A stretch of DNA of 64,000 nt, from contig CAYXCH010000011.1 of the NCBI GenBank assembly GCA_964463705.1, forward strand, positions 3,473-67,472. Direction: 5' to 3'. Origin of the DNA: an uncultured Pseudobdellovibrionaceae bacterium (GTDB lineage: Bacteria; Patescibacteriota; Minisyncoccia; Moranbacterales; GCA-2747515). The position numbers and the translations under genes were made by a program. The notes below the pieces were generated by a model, which searched no databases, was not told the origin of the DNA, and saw nothing but the letters and a program-made list of their open reading frames with translations. How positions within the stretch are numbered: the stretch's first letter is position 1; the number at the start of each line of letters is the position of its first letter. Of this stretch, positions 38,563 to 46,980 are shown piece by piece.

Positions 38563-39939
38563 TTACCCGCGGATGATACGAAGAAGTTCGTCTTGCTTTT
38601 CGTGTAGGAGAGCTTCCGTGTCAGCTTCCATATTGAGACGAAGCAGCGGTTCGGTATTTGATGCACGGACATTGAACCACCATCGTTGACCGTGCGGAAC
38701 ACCGTCCCAGTAGCTAATCTTAACACCATCAAGCTCCGAGCATTCACCGTCGCTGTATCGCTCTTTTAGAGTGGCGATAACCGTATCGGGATCATGAACG
38801 GTGGAGTTGATTTCACCACTATGGTAATAGCGGCGCAGGTCTGTCACAAGACGAGAGATGCGTGTACCGGTGCGTGCCATAAGATTGAGAATCGTAAACG
38901 CGGCAAGAGTGGACAGTTCGCCGTTTTTGTTGGCGCGGAAGTAGTAGTGTCCGGATAGCTCACCGGCAAACAGTGCATCGTACTCGCGCATTTGTTCTTT
39001 AATAAACGCATGTCCCACACGACACTCGCGCGCAACACCGCCGGACTCTTCAATCACTTCTTTAACCGCGCGGGAGGATCGCAGGTCATACAGTACGGTA
39101 GCGCCCGGTGTCTCTGTCAGGAGAACGCGCGCCAATAAGCCCGTGATAAGATCCATGGGAATAATTTCGCCGCGTTCGTCCACAAATCCGATGCGGTCCG
39201 CATCTCCATCATACGCAATTCCCAGTGCCGCTCCCGTTTCCACCACGCGGGACCGCAACTCATCCAGTGTTGCGGTATTGAGCGGATTGGCCTCATGTGC
39301 CGTATAGGGATGATCCAGGTCACAGTAGAGCGGTATGACGGTAATGGCGTCACGAAAGCGTTCATATAGGGGTAGTTCCAGTACACCCATGGTATTGGCG
39401 CAATCAATGACGACGGAAAAATGTGCATGTTCAAAGCGTGCAAAGGACGCAATATAATCATAGTACGGTGTGCGAATATCACCATGGCGGACAGCATCGG
39501 TTGGAAGGTCTGTGTCCGTGTTCCGAACTCCATCATGTAGCAGTTGTGTTACGGTCTCACGAACGTCATTCAGTCCACTTTCTCCACCGACGGGTTTTGC
39601 ATCGCGCCGGCAAATCTTAATACCGTTATACTCCGCCGGATTGTGAGAAGCAGTAACGGCAATGGCGCCGTCCACATCGGGAAGATGCCAAGAGGCGAAG
39701 TACAGCATCGGTGTCGTGATCATGCCCAGGTCCACTACACGTCCGCCCGCGTCACAGATGCCACGGATTAACGCAGCATGCAACGCCGGTCCGCTTTCAC
39801 GAGCGTCTCGTCCCACGGCGACAGTGGTAAATCCCAGTGTTGTAACGGCCGCTCGACCAATCGCGTAGACAGTGTCTTCATCAATATCACTCGGATAAAT
39901 ACCCCGAATGTCATACGCTTTAAAAATGGAGGGATTCAT
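38563..39939 (-). CDS. manB: phosphomannomutase/phosphoglucomutase
   Basis: FKAYDIRG, TASHNP, DGDADR, GELSGH and RASNTEP motifs. Confidence 0.95.
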   Translation of the reverse strand: MNPSIFKAYDIRGIYPSDIDEDTVYAIGRAAVTTLGFTTVAVGRDARESGPALHAALIRGICDAGGRVVDLGMITTPMLYFASWHLPDVDGAIAVTASHNPAEYNGIKICRRDAKPVGGESGLNDVRETVTQLLHDGVRNTDTDLPTDAVRHGDIRTPYYDYIASFARFEHAHFSVVIDCANTMGVLELPLYERFRDAITVIPLYCDLDHPYTAHEANPLNTATLDELRSRVVETGAALGIAYDGDADRIGFVDERGEIIPMDLITGLLARVLLTETPGATVLYDLRSSRAVKEVIEESGGVARECRVGHAFIKEQMREYDALFAGELSGHYYFRANKNGELSTLAAFTILNLMARTGTRISRLVTDLRRYYHSGEINSTVHDPDTVIATLKERYSDGECSELDGVKISYWDGVPHGQRWWFNVRASNTEPLLRLNMEADTEALLHEKQDELLRIIRG

Positions 39940-40047
39940 AGGTTATATCTGTAAGAGTTATACTTTCATCATATCACGAAACCCCCTTTGACAAAACGCA
40001 CACCTGCCGTCAGACTGGAGGTACATATGTATTAATGATTATTCTGT

Positions 40048-41097
40048 ATGAAGATTGGAATTGTGGGATTGCCGAATGTGGGGAAGAGTACGCTGTTTAA
40101 GGCGTTGACACGGACGGCGGTGGATATCAATAACTATCCGTTCTGTACGATTGAGCCAAATGTTGGTGTGGTGGAAGTGCCGGATAAGCGATTACATGCA
40201 CTCGCCAATCTCAGCGGCAGTGACAAAACAATTCCCGCGGTGATTGAATTTGTTGATATTGCCGGATTGGTTCGGGGCGCCAGTGCCGGTGAGGGGTTGG
40301 GAAATAAATTTTTACACAATATTCGCGAGGTGGATGCGATTGTCCATGTTGTGCGCATCTTTGCCAATGATACGATTACTCATGTCCATGACCATGTGGA
40401 TCCGCTGCGAGATCGGGAGATTATTGAGACGGAATTGGTACTTGCCGATCTTGCCACAGTAGAGAAAACGATTGAGCGGCTGACGAAGAGGGTGCGTGCG
40501 CAAGACACCGATGCAATGGCGCAGATGGCGGTGGTGGAGCGCATTAAAGAAGCGTTGAATAATGGTGCAATGGCAAACAGCGTAGAACTGGATATGAGTG
40601 ATGAAAATACACGTACCATTGTGCGAGAGATGGCATTGCTGACGGTTAAGCCCATGCTCTACGTTTACAATATGATAGAGGGTGACACAATTCCGGAGGA
40701 GCTTTCCGCTCGGCCACATATTGCGCTGGATATTAAAATAGAGGAAGAGCTTTTAGACATGAGTGCGGAGGATGCGGCGGAGTTGGGTATAACATCTCGG
40801 CTGGATGCATTGATTACCGCCGCCTATGATATTGTCGGTTTGCAAACGTATTTCACTACCGGCCCGGCGGAGACGCGGGCGTGGACAATTCGTCGCGGTG
40901 CAACGGCACCGCAAGCGGCGGGAGTGATTCACACGGATTTTGAGAAGAATTTTATTTGTGCGGAGGTGGTATATTGGGAGGATCTTATAACGCTGGGATC
41001 GCGCAATGCCGCTCGAGAAGCGGGAAAGTTGCATACCGTGGGGAAGGACTATTGTGTGCGTGACGGTGATGTGATGGAGTTTAAGCACGGAGCGTAA
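40048..41097 (+). CDS. ychF: ribosome-binding ATPase YchF
   Basis: GLPNVGKST, NYPFCTIEPN, DIAGLV and C-terminal TGS-like domain. Confidence 0.98.
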   Translation: MKIGIVGLPNVGKSTLFKALTRTAVDINNYPFCTIEPNVGVVEVPDKRLHALANLSGSDKTIPAVIEFVDIAGLVRGASAGEGLGNKFLHNIREVDAIVHVVRIFANDTITHVHDHVDPLRDREIIETELVLADLATVEKTIERLTKRVRAQDTDAMAQMAVVERIKEALNNGAMANSVELDMSDENTRTIVREMALLTVKPMLYVYNMIEGDTIPEELSARPHIALDIKIEEELLDMSAEDAAELGITSRLDALITAAYDIVGLQTYFTTGPAETRAWTIRRGATAPQAAGVIHTDFEKNFICAEVVYWEDLITLGSRNAAREAGKLHTVGKDYCVRDGDVMEFKHGA

Positions 41098-41108
41098 AGT
41101 GCTGATAC

Positions 41109-41136
41109 TTGACATATGTTTAAAGTATGGTAGAGT
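41109..41136 (+). promoter_or_regulatory. sigma70-type promoter of an unannotated small transcript
   Basis: TTGACA-16 bp-(TGG)TAGAGT. Confidence 0.6.
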
Positions 41137-41180
41137 TGTTTTTGCGGTAATGTTGCCGCGAAACCTCAAGGAGGGGTAAA

Positions 41181-41261
41181 ATGAATTTTGATAGAATTTT
41201 TGGAGCGCTCCTGCTGCTATATGCAGCAGGAGCGCTCCACTCCTGCGTCCCGCCGTTGTAG
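41181..41261 (+). CDS. putative 26-aa hydrophobic peptide MNFDRIFGALLLLYAAGALHSCVPPL
   Basis: RBS AAGGAGGGG just upstream of ATG; sits between a promoter and a terminator. Confidence 0.5.
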   Translation: MNFDRIFGALLLLYAAGALHSCVPPL

Positions 41262-41277
41262 GGGCGGGACGCAGGAG
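41201..41277. repeat. two abutting perfect inverted repeats (17 bp and 15 bp)
   Basis: 41201-41217/41223-41239 and 41240-41254/41263-41277. Confidence 0.95.
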
Positions 41278-41318
41278 AAAACCGCGCGGGAGATCACAAT
41301 TCTCTCGCGCGGTTTTTT
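41278..41318. terminator. bidirectional intrinsic terminator
   Basis: AAAACCGCGCGGGAGA-TCACAAT-TCTCTCGCGCGGTTTTTT. Confidence 0.88.
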
Positions 41319-41751
41319 ACTGTGTGGAGCAATGAGTACAGCGGCAGCCATGCGGGGCAATAAAATCCGCAACATACTCTTCTCCATAGTCATAGGTGAG
41401 TTCTTCTCCCGGAGCAATATCTCGAAGTGCGTAAATCATAACCTTTTTATCTCCGTTCTCGTATTCTTCAATAATCGCCTCACAGTTTGGGTCACAAGAA
41501 TGATTCATGTAGCGTGCAATATGGCGGCGCGGTGTACCATCAAGTGTAAGATTATCATCTACGTAGAATAAATATTTTCCACCCTTACGGTCCGCTTCTT
41601 CGGTTGTAAGTGGTTCACCGGTATATTCAATAACAAAATCACCTTTGCGGAACGCATCAATTGCAAACAGTCCAAGCCCGGCTGATGCGCGTTTTACGAT
41701 GCAGTTACCCCACTGTTTATTTGCTCTTGTCATCAGGATGCAAACAATCAT
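41317..41751 (-). CDS. SET-domain protein-lysine methyltransferase
   Basis: GLGLFA, EYTGE, ARYMNHSCDPN, ELTYDYG and post-SET CRCTHC; start 41733 or 41751. Confidence 0.92.
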   Translation of the reverse strand: MIVCILMTRANKQWGNCIVKRASAGLGLFAIDAFRKGDFVIEYTGEPLTTEEADRKGGKYLFYVDDNLTLDGTPRRHIARYMNHSCDPNCEAIIEEYENGDKKVMIYALRDIAPGEELTYDYGEEYVADFIAPHGCRCTHCSTQ

Positions 41752-41965
41752 TGTTTCCCCCCTTCTTCGTTGCAGTTCTCTCCCGCAATTTCCTGCCTTT
41801 CTCAAGAATACTGTCAATGGTATTTTCTTGTTCTTGCCCCGGACGTTCACAGCGACGACATGCATTTTTCATTAGTATTTCCCGATAGACCTTCGGTGAT
41901 ATCTCCATACGTGTTATGGTTATTCTTATGTTAAAATGGTAGCATAAGTCGCCAAGAATTTGCAA

Positions 41966-42682
41966 ATGAAACACCGTATTCGTCACCATGTTAATCCGCT
42001 GGGAATTTTGACGCAACACCGGTTTGCGGGATTCGGTGATACAAAGGATATTATTGTGGACATCGGTGCGTATAAGGGGGAGTTTGTGGCGGCGTTGTTG
42101 GAGCGATTTCCGCAGTATAATTACATTGTGATGGAAGTGCGCGCGCGAGTGGCACAGCGTCTAAAGGAGCGATTTGCCGATCATGACAATGTCGCAGTGT
42201 TTGATGGAGATGGAACGCGTAACTTTCACACGGTTGTTAAGCCGTGTCAAGATGCCGGGGCGTTTGTGCGAGAAATTTATATCAATTTCCCCGATCCGTG
42301 GCTCAAAAAACGTCATAAGAAACGTCGAATTATCACGCAGCGTTTTTTGCAAGACACCGCGCAGTGGATTGATCCGCGAACAACGTGGATTTTTCAAACC
42401 GATCAGAAGAGTGTTTTTGATGATACGGTGGAAATTTTGCAAACGTTGGGATATGCATACGAGCGATTCACCGCACCACCATACGGTATTACCACCGATT
42501 GGGAAGATGCACAAACAGCGCGCGGGGCAACCATTTATCGATTACGATTTTGGGTGGGAGTGCCGGATCACATCCCGACTCGTCGGTCAGTTGTTACTCG
42601 CTTGGGAGATGCGGCGGTGGGTGCCATGGCAAGTATCATGATACGCGTACTGTACTATTTCCGAGCGGATGATGGACACTGA
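41966..42682 (+). CDS. trmB: tRNA (guanine-N7)-methyltransferase
   Basis: RIRHHVNP, DIGAYKG and NFPDPWLKKRHKKRR motifs. Confidence 0.92.
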   Translation: MKHRIRHHVNPLGILTQHRFAGFGDTKDIIVDIGAYKGEFVAALLERFPQYNYIVMEVRARVAQRLKERFADHDNVAVFDGDGTRNFHTVVKPCQDAGAFVREIYINFPDPWLKKRHKKRRIITQRFLQDTAQWIDPRTTWIFQTDQKSVFDDTVEILQTLGYAYERFTAPPYGITTDWEDAQTARGATIYRLRFWVGVPDHIPTRRSVVTRLGDAAVGAMASIMIRVLYYFRADDGH

Positions 42683-42766
42683 GAGAACATATGCTCCATA
42701 ACGGTTGGCGAAGGGGACGTCTTTTGATATACTGAAAGAAACATGTAATTTATTGATAAGAACATT

Positions 42767-42862
42767 ATGAGTCTTCGGGGAAATAAAACGGCACGGCTGG
42801 CAGTGATTGTCATTCTACTGCTTATCGCCATTGCATTGTTTGTCATGATTCAACCGGCATAA
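42767..42862 (+). CDS. small membrane peptide (31 aa) MSLRGNKTARLAVIVILLLIAIALFVMIQPA
   Basis: Basic N-terminus plus one TM helix; ends 11 nt before the next gene; below the ORF-track cutoff. Confidence 0.6.
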   Translation: MSLRGNKTARLAVIVILLLIAIALFVMIQPA

Positions 42863-42873
42863 ATAGTATATAT

Positions 42874-43254
42874 ATGAATATTCCAAAAATTACCGTAGAT
42901 AAGCGTATCTATAAGTGGATCAAAGGCGGTCTGGGTGTCATCATCGCATTGTTGGTGGCGGCACTGGGACTGGAAGCGACGAATAACGATTTTGATTTGG
43001 GTGCGCTGCTTTCCGGCAAGGGATTGCAGGGCTCAAAGGTATTGCGAGACGCGGATGGAAATATCAATTTTGACGGTGTCTCCCCGCTAATCGCCAATTG
43101 CGAGGCGGATACGTATAATTGTGATGATTTTCTGTATCAGGCACAAGCACAAGACGTATTTGAACGGTGTGGCGGTGTTGGCAAGGACATTAACGGCTTG
43201 GATCGTGACGGTGATGGTGTGGCATGTGAAAGTTTGCCACAGGGTGCACAATAA
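42874..43254 (+). CDS. membrane-anchored protein with Excalibur calcium-binding domain
   Basis: TM helix then YNCDDF..LDRDGDGVACE. Confidence 0.85.
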   Translation: MNIPKITVDKRIYKWIKGGLGVIIALLVAALGLEATNNDFDLGALLSGKGLQGSKVLRDADGNINFDGVSPLIANCEADTYNCDDFLYQAQAQDVFERCGGVGKDINGLDRDGDGVACESLPQGAQ

Positions 43255-43288
43255 TAACAGCAGTAGCAAGTTAGGCGCGATCGGAAGG

Positions 43289-43327
43289 TTGACAAGGAGC
43301 AAATATGTTGTATGATAACATGTTTGC
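43289..43327 (+). promoter_or_regulatory. pyk promoter with an overlapping inverted repeat
   Basis: TTGACA-16 bp-TATGAT; GCAAATATGTT-N7-AACATGTTTGC. Confidence 0.6.
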
Positions 43328-43373
43328 ATCTCTCCTACGGGTGAGTTTTATTTGGTAGAGAATATTATTCGGT

Positions 43374-44795
43374 ATGCAGAATCCATTAAAGAAGACCAAG
43401 ATCGTGATGACGATCGGGCCGGCATCCGATGCGCCGAATATATTGGATACACTTATTGCCGACGGTGTTAATGTTGTGCGGTTTAATTTTTCTCATGGAG
43501 ATCATGCACAGCATGAGCGACGAATGCGTCGGGTCCGTGCGGCGGCACGACGAGCAAAGAAACACATTGCGCTGTTACAAGATCTTGGTGGACCGAAAAT
43601 TCGTATTGGTGATTTCGCTAACGGAGAGATTACATTAACGGAAGGGGATCGATTTGTTTTATCTACCCGTGCCTGTACGGGAGATGATGAGCGAGTGTAT
43701 TGCAACTATCGGTCATTGCCACGGGAGGTGACAACGGGTCAGATTATCTTATTGGATGATGGAACAAAGCGCTTGCGTGTAGAACGAACAACGCCGACGG
43801 AGGTAATCACACGAGTGGAAGTTGGTGGGCGAATTCGTTCTCGTCGCGGTGTCAATGTGCCGGGAGCGCATTTGCGAGTCAGTTCATTAACGGCAAAAGA
43901 TAAGCGAGATGTAGAGTTCGGTGTTCGAATGGATGTGGACTTCTTCGCATTGTCATTTGTGCGAAGCGCACGGGACGTTCGGCAATTACGACGGATATTG
44001 GTACGTCATGGCAGTGCGGCACATATTATTGCAAAGATTGAGACACAGGAGGCGCTGGATGATATTGATGCAATTATTGCCGAGGCGGACGGCATTATGG
44101 TGGCGCGCGGAGACTTGGCGGTGGAAGTGCCCGCTCCCAGTGTTCCGCACCATCAGAAGGCGATTATTGCCAAATGCAATCGCGTGGGAAAACCGGTAAT
44201 TGTAGCAACGCAAATGTTGGAGAGTATGATTGTCGCGCCGGTGCCGACACGGGCGGAAGTGGCGGATGTGACCAATGCGATTTTGGATGGTGCCGATGCG
44301 GTGATGCTTAGCGCTGAAACCGCCATCGGGGAGTATCCTCAGGCGGCGGTTCGTGTTATGCGTGATGTTGCCCTGCGAACGGAGCGCGATATGTCGTATC
44401 AGATGATTACCGATGATGCAAAGCATGCGGCACGAACGGTAAATGCCGTGGCGCGAAGTGTTACGCAAACGGCGGATGATATTGGTGCGGCAGCGATTAT
44501 CGCACTGACGGAATCCGGATTTACCGCGCGAAAGATTGCCCGATATCGCCCACAACAACCAATTATCGCATTATCGCCGCATGAGCGTGTATGTCGACAG
44601 TTAATGCTTTCGTTCGGGTGTTATCCGCGACGACTGACGCAGGAGCCGGATCGATTGTCTCATGTTGCCGCGCAGGCGGGAACCATTGTGTTACGGGAGC
44701 GGTTAGCACGCCGGTCGGATCGTATCGTTATCGTGGCGGGAATTCCGTTTGGTCGTTCCGGGACAACCAACGTGATGTACGTTGAAACGGTATGA
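43374..44795 (+). CDS. pyk: pyruvate kinase
   Basis: TKIVMTIGPAS, RFNFSHG, AKIE, MVARGDL and ATQMLESM motifs. Confidence 0.98.
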   Translation: MQNPLKKTKIVMTIGPASDAPNILDTLIADGVNVVRFNFSHGDHAQHERRMRRVRAAARRAKKHIALLQDLGGPKIRIGDFANGEITLTEGDRFVLSTRACTGDDERVYCNYRSLPREVTTGQIILLDDGTKRLRVERTTPTEVITRVEVGGRIRSRRGVNVPGAHLRVSSLTAKDKRDVEFGVRMDVDFFALSFVRSARDVRQLRRILVRHGSAAHIIAKIETQEALDDIDAIIAEADGIMVARGDLAVEVPAPSVPHHQKAIIAKCNRVGKPVIVATQMLESMIVAPVPTRAEVADVTNAILDGADAVMLSAETAIGEYPQAAVRVMRDVALRTERDMSYQMITDDAKHAARTVNAVARSVTQTADDIGAAAIIALTESGFTARKIARYRPQQPIIALSPHERVCRQLMLSFGCYPRRLTQEPDRLSHVAAQAGTIVLRERLARRSDRIVIVAGIPFGRSGTTNVMYVETV

Positions 44796-46225
44796 AGCGT
44801 GCCGATTTAAAAGGAAAGAAGATAACGGTGTTTGGACTGGGCTTGCACGGTGGCGGTGTGGATACGGTGCGGTTTCTGGTTCGGTGTGGAGCGCAGGTGA
44901 CGGTAACCGATATTAAGACACGGGAAACATTGGCGCCATCGTTGGAGCGATTACGTTCATGCAAGGGTGTAACGTATGTATTGGGGCAGCATCGTGTAGA
45001 GGATTTTACACGGGCGGACATGGTGATTAAGACACCGGCAGTTCCATGGAACAATAAGCATGTACAAATGGCAATAGATCACGGTGTGCCGGTGTATGTG
45101 GACATTTCTTTATTCTTTTTATTATATGGACGAGATGTGATCGGTATTACCGGTACGAAGGGAAAGAGCAGTACATCACAGTTTATTGTACAGTTGTTGC
45201 GTGCCGCATCGTTAGATCCGCAACCGGTTGGTGTATCACAACATCCGGTGTTGGGTGCGCTGTCCAAGCTTTCCGCCCGTGGTACGGTGGCGGTGTGTGA
45301 ATTGTCCAGTTGGCGGTGCGCGGCGTTACATCGTATCGCTCGTTCTCCTCGTATTGCCGTAGTGACCAATATTTTGCCGGATCATCGTGATTATTATAAG
45401 ACTCTTGAGGAGTATGCACGTGATAAGTATGCAATTACCGAACATCAAAAGCGGGGTGATGTATTGATTATTAATGCTGATGATCCCGTTCTGTCCCGCT
45501 GGGAAACGCAGGCAAATGTGATACGGTATTCTCGGAAACATATTCCGGATGGTCCGGCGGTATTTATTAAACATGACATCATATATGAGCGTACGGAAGA
45601 TGCAACGATTGAAGTATGCGCATTGAGCGATGTCCCACTTTCCGGCGCACATAATCATGAGAACTTTTTGGCAGCGGTGGCCGCCGTACGAGCATTTGGT
45701 GTTCGCATTACACAAATCCGGGCGGCGTTGGATACAATACATTTGCCGGAGCATCGTGCGGAAGTTGTGGCGCAGAAAAGTGGAGTAACGTATATTAATG
45801 ACACCGCCGCCACCATTCCCGATGCGGCGATTGCCACGCTGGCGGCGCAGGAGGGGCGGGTAGTCTGGATTGGTGGTGGATCAGATAAGGGGGTGGATTA
45901 TACGGAACTGGCGCTGTTGCTGGCGCAGCAAGTGCGGGGAATTGTGTTATTTCGCGGAACAGCGAGTGATAAAATCATTGCGGCACTTCGACATCATCAC
46001 CGGACGCCGGATGCTGTTGTGGACACAATGGAAGATGCCGTTGCGGCGGCGCAATCACTGGCGCATTCCGGTGATTGTGTGGTGTTATCTCCGGGTGCGG
46101 CAAGTTTCGGATTATTTGCGCATGAGTTTGATCGCGGTGAGCAGTTTCGTGCAATTGTTCATGCGTTGCCGGAAGCAGATGTTTCATCTGATGAAATATA
46201 CGATGATTGTTCAAATAAGAGTTGA
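44792..46225 (+). CDS. murD: UDP-N-acetylmuramoyl-L-alanine--D-glutamate ligase
   Basis: VFGLGLHGGG, GITGTKGKSST, ELSSW, EHRAE, INDTAAT, LSPGAASF..RGEQF. Confidence 0.95.
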   Translation: MKRADLKGKKITVFGLGLHGGGVDTVRFLVRCGAQVTVTDIKTRETLAPSLERLRSCKGVTYVLGQHRVEDFTRADMVIKTPAVPWNNKHVQMAIDHGVPVYVDISLFFLLYGRDVIGITGTKGKSSTSQFIVQLLRAASLDPQPVGVSQHPVLGALSKLSARGTVAVCELSSWRCAALHRIARSPRIAVVTNILPDHRDYYKTLEEYARDKYAITEHQKRGDVLIINADDPVLSRWETQANVIRYSRKHIPDGPAVFIKHDIIYERTEDATIEVCALSDVPLSGAHNHENFLAAVAAVRAFGVRITQIRAALDTIHLPEHRAEVVAQKSGVTYINDTAATIPDAAIATLAAQEGRVVWIGGGSDKGVDYTELALLLAQQVRGIVLFRGTASDKIIAALRHHHRTPDAVVDTMEDAVAAAQSLAHSGDCVVLSPGAASFGLFAHEFDRGEQFRAIVHALPEADVSSDEIYDDCSNKS

Positions 46226-46250
46226 CAATTTTTTGCTTTCCACCTAAGAT
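46222..46250 (+). promoter_or_regulatory. sigma70-type promoter of the tRNA pair
   Basis: TTGACA-17 bp-TAAGAT. Confidence 0.75.
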
Positions 46251-46283
46251 GATTGTTAGTTGCTGACAGCGAATATTGCGTAT

Positions 46284-46357
46284 GGGCCCGTAGCTCAGTT
46301 GGCTAGAGCACTGGTTTTGCACTCCAGAGGTCACCGGTTCGAATCCGGTCGGGTCCA
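46284..46357 (+). tRNA. tRNA-Ala(TGC)
   Basis: Cloverleaf with G3:U70 pair, anticodon loop TTTGCAC and GGTTCGAATCC. Confidence 0.96.
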
Positions 46358-46370
46358 CACAATGTATATC

Positions 46371-46444
46371 GGGTGTGTAGCTCAGCTGGTTAGAGCACTT
46401 CACTGATAATGAAGAGGTCGGAGGTTCAAGTCCTCCCACACCCA
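46371..46444 (+). tRNA. tRNA-Ile(GAT)
   Basis: Acceptor stem GGGTGTG/CACACCC; anticodon arm CTTCA-CTGATAA-TGAAG. Confidence 0.97.
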
Positions 46445-46629
46445 CAGGCGCCGCATATCGCGGTGTTTTATTATGGCGTCGCCGATGGATTTATAAATTA
46501 AAGGAGGTGGTTTGACAGAGGGTATCTATCACCTCTGTTGGGCTTGCGCTTTTTTTATTGGGGTGCTAAGATGTCGTAATGCTGTGTTGCAGCAGATCGC
46601 GCACGCGTATTTTTTTATAGGAAAAAACT

Positions 46630-46974
46630 ATGTCGCAGCAGTCAGTGAATACGGATACATCCGCGCGCAAATCATCTCATCTTGATGCTATTCTTGCAGC
46701 GGAATCGGCGGCGGAAGAGACGATTGCCGCTGCACGATCCGAGGCGAAAGAAATTGTTACCCGCGCCCGTGCCCGCGCCGAGGACATCATCGCGCAGTGT
46801 ACGGAAGATAGTACTCGTGCCGCTGAGCGTGCCCGAGCGGCGAAAGAGCAAAGTGTGGCACGAATGGTGGAGGAATTGTTGACAGACGCACGTGCGGAGG
46901 CGGAGCGTATTCGTGAGCAAGCGGATCACGCGGCGATTGTTGCGGCGATGCGATCAGTAATTGTACAAGACTAG
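46630..46974 (+). CDS. A/V-type ATPase subunit H/G (peripheral stalk)
   Basis: Ala/Glu/Arg coiled coil (AILAAESAAEETIAAARSEAKEI); first gene of the operon. Confidence 0.8.
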   Translation: MSQQSVNTDTSARKSSHLDAILAAESAAEETIAAARSEAKEIVTRARARAEDIIAQCTEDSTRAAERARAAKEQSVARMVEELLTDARAEAERIREQADHAAIVAAMRSVIVQD

Positions 46975-46980
46975 ACGGAT

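Noticed and set aside
41181-41261. Lipoprotein signal (LHSC) in the 26-aa peptide
   Set aside because: His at -2 does not fit the lipobox, and the mature product would be only 5 residues
41201-41318. Hairpin cluster as a CRISPR array or IS ends
   Set aside because: The stems differ in sequence, there is no repeat-spacer periodicity, and no cas or transposase gene is present
41188-41571. 127-aa plus-strand ORF across the hairpins
   Set aside because: It crosses a strong terminator, runs antisense to the SET gene, and the RBS fits ATG 41181 instead
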